A DNA stretch of 63,735 nt, counting the filler, from Octopus bimaculoides (lineage: Eukaryota), in the NCBI RefSeq assembly GCF_001194135.2. It is 6 parts of 5 records of this genome, joined end to end, with 100 filler letters (N's around TTAATTAATTAA, not from the genome) between each part and the next. Parts side by side here need not be neighbours in the genome. Positions count along the whole stretch, not along the records: positions 46,105 to 62,600 come from NC_069006.1; positions 62,701 to 63,735 come from NC_068991.1; 4 more parts are not named here. The stretch is one strand, 5' to 3'. Shown piece after piece: positions 51,207 through 63,452 of this stretch. Within the stretch, counting starts at the first letter, position 1; every line of letters begins with the position of its first letter. The position numbers were made by a program, and so were the translations under genes. The notes under the pieces are model-generated. The model was not told the origin of the DNA and made no database searches. It was given only the letters and a program-made list of their open reading frames with translations.

Positions 51207-51689
51207 GGGAGGGGAAAAAAGGAAAGGCACGGGTGCATGCAGGACAAGGGGCAAGTGTATCAAACCCAGCCCTTCTTTTTCCTTCTTCTGTAAATTTCTG
51301 GCCTTGAGCCAATAACATAAGGAATCAATATTTGCCAATGTACAGAATTTTATTGTCTGTTGTCACTGACAGTAATTAGAAGAATATCAACTCCGTTTCC
51401 ATGACACCACTTTGAATCCTAAGTGAAATCAATTCACATCCCTTATGCTGCTGCTGTTGTTCTTTCAGATGCATGCATATGAGGTTGTGTGCTTGAGAAG
51501 TTCAATTTGCAATCTTGTTGCTGGTCCAAGTTCCATAGCATTACTGCACAGCATTTTGGCTGTCTTCTCCTTTTGCCCCACACTGGACCCAAGCCTTGAT
51601 GGCAAAACTAAGTAGAACTATGAAGGTTATTGGACAGCTGGTACCTATTTAACTATTTTGGGGGTGCGTGGCTTAGTAGTTACTGGGTT

Positions 51690-51845
51690 CAGTTCATCAT
51701 CATCGTTTAACATCCTCCTTCCATGCTGGCATGGGTTGGACAGTTTAATGGGAGCTGGCCTGGCAGAAGCCTGCAACATACTTCTGTGCCTGTTTCTGGC
51801 ATGGATTTTATGGTTGGATGCCCTTCCTAACACCAACAACTCTGC
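51690..51845 (-). mobile_element. SINE family C, 3' part with (GAT)n tail
   Basis: rc AGGAAGGGCATCCAACC...CCAACCCATGCCAGCATGGAAGG...GATGATGATG matches 53820-54030 and 60100-60235. Confidence 0.75.
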
Positions 51846-52549
51846 GTTTGTCCCTCACCATCACCGCTTGACAACCAAGGTTGGTGTGTTTACATCCTCA
51901 TAACTTAGCAGTTCAGCAAAAGACGACCGATAGAATAAGTACAAGGCTGAAAAACAAAAAATAAGTCCTTAGATTGATTTGTTCAACTAAAAATTCCTTT
52001 TAAGGCAGAGTGCTCCAGCATTAAATGTATAAAAGAATATGAACGTGATGATGATGGTGAATGCTAACAAGTTAATTAGAGTAAGAATTTGACCTATATG
52101 ATATATACAAAGATATAATAATAAATATGTTTATTTATTTACTGTAACAGGAGAAAGAGAAAGTAGACTTTGTCTGAATGTATGTATGATAACATCATGA
52201 AGAGTTTTCGATCAAAAGGTACTTTAATTAATCCTACTCTAATTTATTGATGATAGTATTACAGTTCTAGTGATAGGATTACTAAAAACTTTGAACCAAT
52301 TACAAGTGTGTGGGGAGTGGGGAGGGGGGAATATCAATTTTAAAATCATCATCAATTTTATGATGGCTTTTCCATGTTGGCATGGTTCAGTTAGGCTGGC
52401 ATAGTTTAAGGAGATAGATAGATAGATAGATAAATAGATAGACAGACAGACAGATAGAAAGATAGATAGGTGATGACAGGCACATTGACAGACAGGCACA
52501 TTGACAGACAGACAAACGGGCAGACAGACAGACAGACACATGATAGATA

Positions 52550-52720
52550 CATTTCTTTTATTAGCCACACAGGGCTCAACGAAGATGGGACAAATACAAT
52601 GTAGAGCTTTTCTTTCTGGGAGGGGGGAGGAAGGAGAAAAAAAAAGGGGTGGTGTCAATCAAAAGGGATCGTAGGAAGGGAAAAAGGGGGAGTTCGATCA
52701 AAAGGGATCGAGATAGATAG
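52550..52720 (-). mobile_element. 3' end of a non-LTR element with a Tx1-like tail
   Basis: rc TTTGTCCCATCTTCGTTGAGCCCTGTGTGGCTAATAAAAGAAAT resembles the tails at 27075-27139 and 41845-41900. Confidence 0.55.
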
Positions 52721-52859
52721 ATAGATAGATAGACAGATGCTTGATAGATAGACTGACATATAGATAGATTGACAGATAGACAGAGACAGAAAGATAAATA
52801 GACAGACAGATAGATAAGTGTGTGTGTGTGTGTGTGTATTTATGTGTGCGCATGTCTTT

Positions 52860-52990
52860 GTTTCTATATTTATCGCCCCATCATTGCTTGACAACCGATT
52901 GGTGTGTTTACATTCCCATAACTTAACAGTTTGGCAAATGAGACCGATAGAATAAGTACTAGGCTCACAAAGAATAAGTCTTGGGATTGT
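52860..52990 (+). mobile_element. SINE family A, central/3' part
   Basis: TTGCTTGACAACCGATTGGTGTGTTTACAT...GAGACCGATAGAATAAGTACTAGGC. Confidence 0.85.
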
Positions 52991-53684
52991 TTTCTTAAAC
53001 TAAAAGACAGTATGTATGNNNNNNNNNNNNNNNNNNNNNNNNNNNNNNNNNNNNNNNNNNNNNNNNNNNNNNNNNNNNNNNNNNNNNNNNNNNNNNNNNN
53101 NNNNNNNNNNNNNNNNNNNNNNNNNNNNNNNNNNNNNNNNNNNNNNNNNNNNNNNNNNNNNNNNNNNNNNNNNNNNNNNNNNNNNNNNNNNNNNNNNNNN
53201 NNNNNNNNNNNNNNNNNNNNNNNNNNNNNNNNNNNNNNNNNNNNNNNNNNNNNNNNNNNNNNNNNNNNNNNNNNNNNNNNNNNNNNNNNNNNNNNNNNNN
53301 NNNNNNNNNNNNNNNNNNNNNNNNNNNNNNNNNNNNNNNNNNNNNNNNNNNNNNNNNNNNNNNNNNNNNNNNNNNNNNNNNNNNNNNNNNNNNNNNNNNN
53401 NNNNNNNNNNNNNNNNNNNNNNNNNNNNNNNNNNNNNNNNNNNNNNNNNNNNNNNNNNNNNNNNNNNNNNNNNNNNNNNNNNNNNNNNNNNNNNNNNNNN
53501 NNNNNNNNNNNNNNNNNNNNNNNNNNNNNNNNNNNNNNNNNNNNNNNNNNNNNNNNNNNNNNNNNNNNNNNNNNNNNNNNNNNNNNNNNNNNNNNNNNNN
53601 NNNNNNNNNNNNNNNNNNNNNNNNNNNNNNNNNNNNNNNNNNNNNNNNNNNNNNNNNNNNNNNNNNNNNNNNNNNNNNNNNNNN

Positions 53685-53733
<49 letters not shown>

Positions 53734-53819
53734 CATGAAATTAGCATTAGCTTATCTCACTCTTTCTCGTGGAATCCGTAGGAACCTTTTGCAGAACTCT
53801 AGGGCAAATTACTCAGTGA

Positions 53820-53984
53820 CCTCAATGCCACTGGTGCTAAGCAAAAAGCACCCAGTACATTTCTGTAAAGCTGTTATCAGGAGGGGCATTAAGCCACAGA
53901 AACAGGATGTGGAACCTGGTACAATCTTCTGACTTGCTATCTCCTGTCAAACCATCCAACCAACACCAGCATGGAAAACAGATA

Positions 53985-54030
<46 letters not shown>
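53820..54030 (+). mobile_element. SINE family C, 3' part ending in (GAT)n
   Basis: AAAAAGCACCCAGTAC...CCTGTCAAACCATCCAACC...CCAGCATGGAAAAC followed by (GAT)n. Confidence 0.75.
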
Positions 54031-55419
54031 ATTTATAATTATTTTAGCTAAAGCTAAATCCATCAACCCAGTTAATCACTTTTTAAATGTTCTCAATTGC
54101 GTGAATAAGTGCACTTGAAAAACAGCAGTTTGTAAACTTTCAGTTGTTGGTGTTGTCGTCATAGTTATTCAGCCTCAAGTAAATCCTGATCAAGTGGGCC
54201 TCTGATCAAAGATGTTCTTGCAATGACCATCCAGTCATTGTTTGTTTGTTTGTTTGTTTTTTAACTTCTGGAACTATACCACCCAATATGGACGCTTTTT
54301 ATTAATAGACAGTTGGATGCGATGTGTGCGGACAGGATGCTGAATGCATTTTTGCTGAAGAACAAGAAGCCGAAGTCAAAAAGTTGAATGGACACAATAA
54401 TAAAAAAAAAAAAAAACATTCCCACCTACATACTATAATGACCAATTCACCAATTTGGCACTTAAGGTTTAACGAGATTAAATTTTAATTTTCCTATGTC
54501 TTTTCAGCACCTTGTCCGTTTGACTTTATGACCGTTCAGGTTCTTGTCCTTTGGCAAAAGTGCATTTGGCATCCTATTTGTGTACCGGATATGATTTGGG
54601 AACAATTTAGTTGCTATTTCTAGCAGGTCAACCAGCCACTTTGAAGCCCCTTCATTGGCTCGTTTAGACTTTAATTTATGAAGGAGAACTCTATAACGAG
54701 TGCTCTATAAACAAGAGTTCTTAGACTCAACATCTGTTTTGTTTCAACTGTTTGGCACTTAAAGAACAATTTAAAATAACTCTTTGGTTGTTATATCAGC
54801 TAGAAACAGCAACCAAATCTCCCTCAAAACAGCACACCCAACTATCTTAAAATAGGCAAAGACACATTGAATAATGTAGTCCTGGATACATACTGAGGAC
54901 ATATGGCCTAGTCGTTAAAGTGTTACACTTACAATTGCAAGATTAAGATTTCAATTCTTGGACTGGGTGGTGCATTGTATTCTTGAGCTAAACACTTCAT
55001 TTCACTTTACTCTGCAATGATTTTGACACCCGACAAGAGGGTTAATGTACAGCACAAACATTTGGTCACTATAAAAAAAAAAGCTCACCGTTTGGCAAGA
55101 AGTTACAGAAGCTCGTCTGTCGTTTATGATGGGAGAGTGCACCAGGTACATAGCATGTCAGAGATATATAGCCCAATAGTAGATCTGAGGGGTTTGATTC
55201 AACCCCTGTCACATTACATCCAAATCTGAACCTTGTCTGTGCAGTAATGTAGAATCATAAGCTCAGAGGAGCAGTTGTGAAGCATGTCTTGTTTGTGGTT
55301 GCCAAACTAAAATATTAAATATGCATCAACCCATTAGATCACTTACATCCACAATGCCCCTGACAATGGATATGATAAGCTCCTTCCCCAAGTCATACAG
55401 ACTCATGGGGATAGTTCCC

Positions 55420-55625
55420 CAAGTTTCCATGGTGCATACTGACACCCCTGGACAGGACACCAGTCTGTTACAGGGTTACTCATGTTTACCAGTTGAGTTG
55501 ACTGGAGCAACGTGTAATGAAGTATTTTGCTCAAGAACACAATGTATTGCCCTGACCAAGAATTGAAACCATAATCTTACAATCATTAGTCCAACAACCT
55601 AACCACTAAGCCACACGCCCCCACT
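55420..55625 (-). mobile_element. tRNA-derived SINE with V-SINE-like central segment
   Basis: rc GGCGTGTGGCTTAGTGGTTAG (A box)...TGTGTTCTTGAGCAAAA...GACTGGTGTCCTGTCCAGGGG. A related decayed head lies at 54893-55020 (+). Confidence 0.65.
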
Positions 55626-56885
55626 CCCTTGCAATGCAGCTAAGTGCAGCACAGCTGGTCCAGTTATCTCCACAATGGCCTGGCAATACATTTAGTGCAA
55701 TGCTGCTGGTTCAATTACAGCTATATTTCACATGAGAAATTAAAATTATTGATTTGTTACATAGATTCAAGACCAGTTCTGTCAGAGAGGAAGTATTACA
55801 GCCAATCAAATCCATGCTAATTATTGATTTGGTTGCTGTTTAGCCCCAGGTCAGTACTACTCAAGCAGACCTATGCTGTGACCATGACATCAATTCTATA
55901 TGAAGGACTATATTGTCCAATATTCCTCCTTTATTTTTACTGTTATTTGAAGGAGATTTGGCTGCTATTTCTAGCAGGTCGAACAATTACACGGTCGTTG
56001 ATTTGATAGATTAACAGATTAATTTGATGGATGGTATTGCAGACACAGTAATTTAATCCCTTCTGCTGTGCCTGGTTTATTTCCAGAAGCTAGGTCTTGA
56101 CCCCAGCACACCTACCTACCACCTCTCCCCTCATGGATACACCACTGATGAAAGACAAGTCAAAATACTCACAACAACTATGCACTTGCAGGGGATACCA
56201 GATACTGACTAACCCTTTACCCATCTTGTGTGTCACGTGTGATACACAAGAAAGATTATAAAATGACCCCCTTTGTGGACTGAACACCTTAGCTACTGAG
56301 CTAGGTGCCTTCACAGCTTGGATGGCAAAAGAGTGAAAGACTCCTTTTGGTCACAAATGACCATGAGATTGCACCTAGAAAGTTCCCCTCCAAGGTACAA
56401 GTCCAGACAAGGCTGATTATGGAAGACCAGCCTTCACCCATGCCTACCAGTTTCCCTTCCCCATACCACTGATGTTATCCAAGGGAAAAGGTAAAGGCTA
56501 ATATAGTTTGGCACCAGTGATGTCGCAACTCATTTCTACAGCTGGCACCATGTGGCTAGGAAGCAAACTTCTTACCACAGTGCATCATGTGATACACAAG
56601 ACATGTCTCCTTGGCATCCATGCATCATGTTTGATACACATTCCCATTTCGTTTCAACCACCAGAGGAAACTTGGGATTTATGAAAGGAACTCAGGACAT
56701 AAGAAACGAGGTTAAACTAAAAGTGTGGATGCTTTGGGCAAACTTATAAAAATGCTTTGGACAAGTAAAGGGTTAAGACAGTCCTGTTTCAGTAGATATA
56801 TGATCAAAGAGGCTCCAGCTGGGACTTCACTATCTATTTAAAAAAATTTTTTTTACTCATTTTACTTTCTTTTTAATTTGGCACA

Positions 56886-57269
56886 GGAGGCGCAATGGCC
56901 CAGTGGTTAGGGCAGCGGACTCGCGGTCATAGGATCGTGGTTTCGATTCGCACACCGGGCGTTGTGAGTGTTTATTGAGTGAAAACACCTAAAAGCTCCA
57001 CGAGGCTCCGGCATGGGACGGTGGCAAACCCTGCTGTACTCTTCCACCACAACTTTCTCTCACTCTTACTTCCTGTTTCTGTTGTGCCTGTAATTCAAAG
57101 GGTCAGCTTTGTCACACTGTCACGCTGAATATCCCCGAGAACTACGTTAAGGGTACACGTGTCTGTGGAGTGCTCAGCCACTTGCACGTTAATTTCACGA
57201 GCAGGCTGTTCCGTTGATCGGATCAACTGGAACCCTCGACGTCGTAAGCGACGGAGTGCCAAGAACAAC
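56886..57269 (+). mobile_element. Young full-length tRNA(Arg)-derived SINE (OR1/OR2-like) with 11-bp TSD
   Basis: Head GGAGGCGCAATGGCCCAGTGGTTAGGGCAGCGGACTCG...GGTTTCGATTC (A/B boxes, TCG anticodon-like), (AAC)-type tail, and AATTTGGCACA duplicated at 56875-56885 and 57270-57280. Confidence 0.9.
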
Positions 57270-57771
57270 AATTTGGCACAAAGCCAGCAATTCTGAAGGG
57301 AGAAAGGAAAATGTCTGAAAACAAGCGTGGATGTTTAGGACTAACTCATGAAAACTGGACAAGCAAAACATTAAGACAGTTTACACCTATCTGAGAAAGC
57401 ATCTAACTGGTCACTTGATCTACTAGAAATAACAAGCAAATCTCCCTAAACATTTTTGATGGTTTTTACCCAATTATACACTATGGTTGGGGAAGGAAAA
57501 CAGAAGAAAAATAAATAAACTTGAATGTGTTCTATCATAGGTATAATGTTCGGTGAGGTGTGCGGGTTGGGGCTAAACAACAGCATTGACCTATTTTACT
57601 TCAAACTGACCTTATTAATTTCATGATTCCATATTCTTCTTAATCAGCTGTGAGGAAAAACACAAACAAATGGCGTATGGATGTATGTATGTATGTATGT
57701 TTTGTATGTATGTATGTTCTGTATGTATGTATGTTTGTTTGTGTGTGTGCACATGCATGTGTGTGCACATG

Positions 57772-57805
<34 letters not shown>

Positions 57806-58273
57806 TACATGTGCATGGGTGTATGTGTTTGTTTTTATTGTTTGAGTTTTGTTTTTCTTTGTGTTTTTCCTTAACCAAAGGGTTGAAACAGAACAGAAAT
57901 AACAGAAAGGAAAATCAAAAGAAAAGAGACGAGAAAGAGAGAGAGGGGGGAGGGAGGGGAGAAACACGGAAGGAAGGAGAGAAGAAAGGAAGAAGAAGGC
58001 AAAGAGAAGAGGATAGGAAAACGAGGAAAGACAAGAGGATTCTCGGTTAGATTAAAAAGGTTGAAACACCAGCTTTTGCTGTTGCTGTTTCCAATATCAA
58101 GCTTCCATGTTATTGATTTCGTTTGAGCTGAGCACACAAGTTCAAATTTTTTTTGTTTATTTATTTATTTTCACTTGGAGGAGGGGCTGGGGAGTGAGCG
58201 ATGAGATAGAGAGAGAGAGATAGAAAGGGCGGGATGGAATAGAAGTGTGGATGATAGAAGGGAACACAGAGGA

Positions 58274-58306
<33 letters not shown>

Positions 58307-58499
58307 AGGGAATATACTGAACGGACCAGCACACACCCACTCTTCATACATTGACACTGTCCCCACCCTCTATCCTTGTTTACAGCCCACGCATACACAC
58401 ACACACACACACACTCATACACACACACTTATACTCTGTTAATTACAGTATCTTGTTTGATTTACATCAACTCAGGGACGCCAATTTTTATATCGGTGC

Positions 58500-59210
58500 A
58501 GATATTAGCCATGTGCTCAAGGAAGTTGTTTTGCAAAACCACATGGTTTCGGGTTCAATCCCATTGTGCGGAACTTTGGGCAAAGTGCCCTACAGAAGAG
58601 CCCTGGACCAATCAATACCTTGAGAGTGAATTTGGTAGATGGAAACTGAAAGAAACCCTGTGTGTGTGTGTGTGTCCCACCACCACTTGACAACCAGTGG
58701 CAGTGTGTTTACAGTTTGGTAAAAGAAACTGATAGAATATGTAGTACAAGGCCTTAAAAAAAACTAAGTACTGAGGTTGATACATCTGACTCAAACTTCT
58801 ACAATGTGGTGCCCCAGCATGGCCACAGTTTAATGACTGAAACATGTAAAAGAAAGAATAGGTGTGTGTGTGTGTGTTTTGAATATGTGTTTGTCTCCCA
58901 CCACTGCTTGATAACCGGTGTTGGTGTGTTTATATCCCTGTAACTTAGCAGTTTGGCAAAAGAGCCCGATAGAATAAGAACCACACTTATCAAAAAATAA
59001 GTACTGGGGTCAATTCATTTAACTAAAAATTCTTCAAGGCAATGTCCCAGCATGGCCACAGTCTTATGACAGACAAGTAAAAGAAAGGTGTGTGTGTGTG
59101 TGATTTTGTGTCTGTATTGGTCCCCCACCACCACTTGACAACTGGTGTTGGAGCTGTTTATGTCCCTGTAACTTAGCGGTTCAGCGAAAGAGCTGATAAA
59201 CCACATGACT
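58500..59210 (+). mobile_element. SINE family A copy followed by two further head-to-tail 3' halves
   Basis: The module CCCACCACC(A/G)CTTGA(C/T)AAC..GTG..GT.TTTA restarts at ~58675, ~58895 and ~59120, each after (TG)n. Confidence 0.8.
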
Positions 59211-59799
59211 GCAAAACAAGCTTCTCAACCACACAGCGATGCCCGAGACTTAGAATTTTTGTATTTGCCTTGCAAGATACTTGAAGTGGAAACAAAACTA
59301 ATGTGGTTGTCCATTAGGAGGGACAGCTTGCCAATAAAAACATACACACTGGTTATATTTCGCTTGTTTTATTATCAATTGCCAACTAGCAGACTAATTA
59401 ACTAATTAATTAATTAATTGACTGACTGCTTGAGTACTCGTTTGATCAATCAATCATTTGATTTATCAGAGTCTGTTTCCTGATCATCACCATTTTATGA
59501 CCTCATTAATGCTCTGCCCTTGTCTGCTCCAAGTCTGTAGCAATCACAAATTGTGACCATGTATGTCTGTGTGTGTGTGTGTATGTGTGTGTGTGGGTGT
59601 GTGTGGATGTTCGCATACATATAAACACAAACAGGTATGGGTGAGTATATCATATGTGTGTGAGTAAATAGTATATTGAAAAGTTGCTTTCCAAAGGTTC
59701 ATGTCATTTCGGATTCTTTTCAAGATATAATTAATGATTTTCAATTTAAGAAAATATGTCTTCAAATATTGTGAGTGTATTAAAAGTTCTTCATAAAGC

Positions 59800-60235
59800 C
59801 ACATAGAAAGCACCAGTGCTGGTGCCACATAAAAAGCACCCATCCTGGTACCACATAAATAGCACCCATGCTGGTACCACATAAAAAGCAACCGTACAGG
59901 TGCCTTGTAAAAAGCACCTATGCTGGTACCACATAAAAGGCACCTGTACAGGTTACCGTGTAGAAAGCACCTGTGCTGGTACCACGTGAATAGCACCCAA
60001 GCTCGTTGCACATAAAAAGCACCCATGTTAGCCCCACCACCCAATAAAAAGCACCCCTGCTGGTGGCATGTAAGAAGCACCCATTTTGATGCCACATAAG
60101 AAGCAGCCAGTACACTCTATTAAGTCATTTTAATTAGGAAGGGCATCCAGTTGTAGAAACCATGCCAAAACAGATGACAGGAACCTGGTGCAGCCCCCTG
60201 AATTGCCAGCTCCTATCAAACTGTCCAACCCAGAG
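59800..60235 (+). repeat. SINE family C copy with an internal 26-bp tandem array (~12 units)
   Basis: Unit AAAAAGCACCCATGCTGGTACCACAT repeats from ~59806 to ~60110, then continues into AGGAAGGGCATCCAG...TCAAACTGTCCAACCC. Confidence 0.88.
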
Positions 60236-60362
60236 CTTTCTCTGTGCTTACTTATCCAGTTTTCCATTTTTTCTTGTTGTTTACATATTTCATGTGATTT
60301 GCACCGTTAGTGACGTCCTGTACCCATATATGCATGTATGTGTATATATATATATATATATA

Positions 60363-60466
60363 TGGGAGAATTTACGAAAAAAAACAACAACAGACGAGGA
60401 CAGGTGGTGTAAACAACAAAAGGATGTATTAGTTTAACGCTCGGGAATAGAGAAAGTCTTTTAATG
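60363..60466 (-). repeat. PLE pseudo-LTR-like fragment between (TA)n and a gap
   Basis: Shares ~40 bp with 2378-2419. Confidence 0.5.
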
Positions 60467-60547
60467 NNNNNNNNNNNNNNNNNNNNNNNNNNNNNNNNNN
60501 NNNNNNNNNNNNNNNNNNNNNNNNNNNNNNNNNNNNNNNNNNNNNNN

Positions 60548-60584
<37 letters not shown>

Positions 60585-61039
60585 TAAAGGACAATAGAAT
60601 AAATACTAGGCTTAAGAAAAAAGTACTAGGGTCAATTCACTGGACTAGAATTCTTCAAGGTGGTGCCCCAGCATGGCCACAGACTGAAACAAGTAAAATG
60701 TATAGGCACAAGGCCTGGTGTTTTTTGGGAGGGAACTCGTCAATTGCATCATTGTCGAAAGGATGTAAGGCAAAGTCGGTCTCAGCAGAAATTGGACTCA
60801 GAACGCAAAGAGAGAAAGAGAAAGCACGTGATTTTTATTTTTAGACATTCTTCTGCCGGCATTGCTGTCACCTTGCTTTTTTTCTTCCAACATTGTTGAT
60901 GATGACGATGATGACGACAGGTACAAATATGAGGTGTTGAATGGCCCTTTTTTATATAGGTGGGTATTTAGCAGCCTCCCGCCAAATCATTTTCGGTTGA
61001 GCAAGCAACCGAAAGCATCTATGTTCAAAGATGTTCCAA

Positions 61040-61300
61040 CCCTAACTATTTCATCTCAACACGCTTGACGAAATGCTATGTTCTGACTTCAAATTCCACC
61101 AAGGTCAGCTTTGCCTTTCATCGTATTGGGGTCGATAAATTAAGTACCAGTGAGACACTGGGGTCAATGTGATCGACTAGTCCCCTCCCCACAAATTTGA
61201 GGCCTTATGTCTCCAGTAGAAAGATTAGCACATGGGACAAAATGCTTAGTAGCATTTCCTCTGTTTTTGCTTCTTGAGTTCAAATTCTGCCAGGGTCGAC
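61040..61300 (+). mobile_element. SINE family B copy and second fragment
   Basis: TTCAAATTCCACCAAGGTCAGCTTTGCCTTTCATCGTATTGGGGTCGATAAATTAAGTACCAG. Confidence 0.8.
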
Positions 61301-61340
61301 AAAATCAGAAGACACACGTGATCTGGAACCCTGTTAAGAT

Positions 61341-61642
61341 TAGCACAAAGTGCTAGAAATAGCAGCTGAATTTCCCTCTAATCACAGTCTGCGTATCCCC
61401 AACGAGAGAGCTCTCAGCAGAGTAGCACAAAGTGCTAGAAATAGTAGCCAAATCTCCCTTTATTTAATCATAGCCTAAGTATCTCCAACGAGAGAATTCT
61501 CTATAGAGTGATGCAAAGTGCAAGAAATAGCAGCCGAAACTCCTTCTAATCACAGTCTACGTGTAACCCCAAAGATAAAACTCTCAGTAAGGTAGCAAAA
61601 AGGGCTAGAAATAGCAGCCGGGTCTCTCCCTGATCACACACG
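61341..61642. repeat. 82-86-bp tandem repeat, ~3.5 units
   Basis: Units start at 61341, 61423, 61509 and 61593: TAGCACAAAGTGCTAGAAATAGCAGCC...CTAATCACAGTCT...CCAACGAGAGA.CTCTC. Confidence 0.88.
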
Positions 61643-62440
61643 ATGTAGCCAGCCACCCGTCTTTAAGGAAAGCATACACATTAGATACATTTCTACATAT
61701 ACCCATCATGCCACCAGGACCGCCAAAATTTTTTTTAAAAAACGGCGTGATGGTCGCAATTACAATGTCTTTGATGAATGATTTGCTCGTGCAAGGTTAA
61801 GCTAGGACTAAGCGACTACAATGCCGTTCACGCCTTCCTCACCACCAACACCTTCCACCAAAATAATAATAATAAAAAAACGGGCATTAATTATAATTAA
61901 ACTCATACTTAACACCGTGAAATGAAACGAAGTGACGAACCAACAAGGGAAACCCTTAAATCACACGCTAATGTCTTACAAATGAATGTAGGACACACTG
62001 GATGCTACTACGCAAACTGAATATTTAAAGACAGCATGTTCACGATTGGAATACTTTGTGTATGTGTGTGTGTACATGCGCGTGCGCACACACACATCAC
62101 AATTCTTTTCGATCGTCGCTGACCTGGGGCACAATTTCGATTAAGAGAAGTGATTTAACGTTGACAGAGACGATATCAAAAATTCGGTTGTTGAATCACG
62201 GACAACGATCGCCTATAGCGTGCATATATACATACACACAACATATATGCACGTGTGTGTGTGTGTGAGTGTGTGTACACATACATAGTGATAATTTGAC
62301 AGGTCGGCATATATTATTAGCATAAAATTTGCACATACATTTTTGTTTATGCATCTACGTAAAGAGGGGGACGGGTGTAGTCCGAATATAATTGTGTGTA
62401 TGTGTGGGGGAAGAGAGGGAGAGAATACATATAAAAATAT

Positions 62441-62478
<38 letters not shown>

Positions 62479-62700
62479 GGAATCCGAGAAGCTATTATAA
62501 TTGCTAACACCAAGAAATTTCAGCCTTGTTTTCTTCTTATACGTGACGGTATATGGAAGACAGAAAGAGAAAGTGCGTACATGTTTGTGTATGTGTATAT
62601 NNNNNNNNNNNNNNNNNNNNNNNNNNNNNNNNNNNNNNNNNNNNTTAATTAATTAANNNNNNNNNNNNNNNNNNNNNNNNNNNNNNNNNNNNNNNNNNNN

Positions 62701-63452
62701 AATGACATCATAAATAGAAGTGCAAATAAATATAAGAATATAAATACGCAAACCCCTAATAATAATATTGATATAATACGACAGCAAAAACATAATAAAT
62801 ACCATATAACTGAAAAAAGACAAAATATAGCAATAAACCCAACAATACAACCTAATATAAATAAAAATAATTCACAAAAATGAACACACATAACTCCAAC
62901 ATAATAGACACCACAACAAATTCTATAAATAATACTTTATATACCACTAATAATAATAAGGATAATAATAAACATTCACAACAGAGATATAAAAATAATA
63001 ATAATTGCTCATGTAAAAATAAAAAAATATGTCCCTTACAAAGAAATTGCAAAAGATTAAATATAATATACAAATGCATAGTCACAATAACTAATAACTC
63101 ACATAAAATGGTATACATAGGGAGCTCTATTAATTTTAAACAAAGATACCTGGCACATATACATTCCTTTAAACCAAATACAAATAATAATACAACCTCA
63201 TTAGCTACATATATACAAAAACTTAATAAAAATAAAATTAATTATAAACTAGACTGGTCAATAATAGATTCTGCCACACCATACACACATAAATCAAATA
63301 ATTGCCGTTTATGCACATTAGAATCACTGAATATATTACTATATAAACTAGATAACTTAATAAATAACAGATTAGATGCGATAACATCATGTAAACACAG
63401 GTATGATAAAACCTTCAAATATTATAATAAATCCCAAAATAAGGTAGAATAA
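62701..63452 (+). mobile_element. PLE C-terminal region: Asn-rich linker, CxCx5Cx5C motif and apparently intact GIY-YIG endonuclease, Hydra-like
   Basis: CSCKNKKICPLQRNC, NIIYKC...VYIGSS.NFKQRYLAHIHSF, WSII, CRLCTLE, LINNR, CKH. Frame 62701-62880 is also open and would fuse with one extra A in the 62876-62880 run. Confidence 0.88.

Noticed and set aside
56886-56960. tRNA-Arg gene
   Set aside because: The acceptor stem does not close, and the sequence continues into a 300-bp SINE body with tail and TSD.
59806-61642. CRISPR-like reading of the two hairpin-containing arrays
   Set aside because: No unique spacers, units diverge along their whole length, both derive from SINE-like segments, and there are no cas genes in a eukaryotic context.
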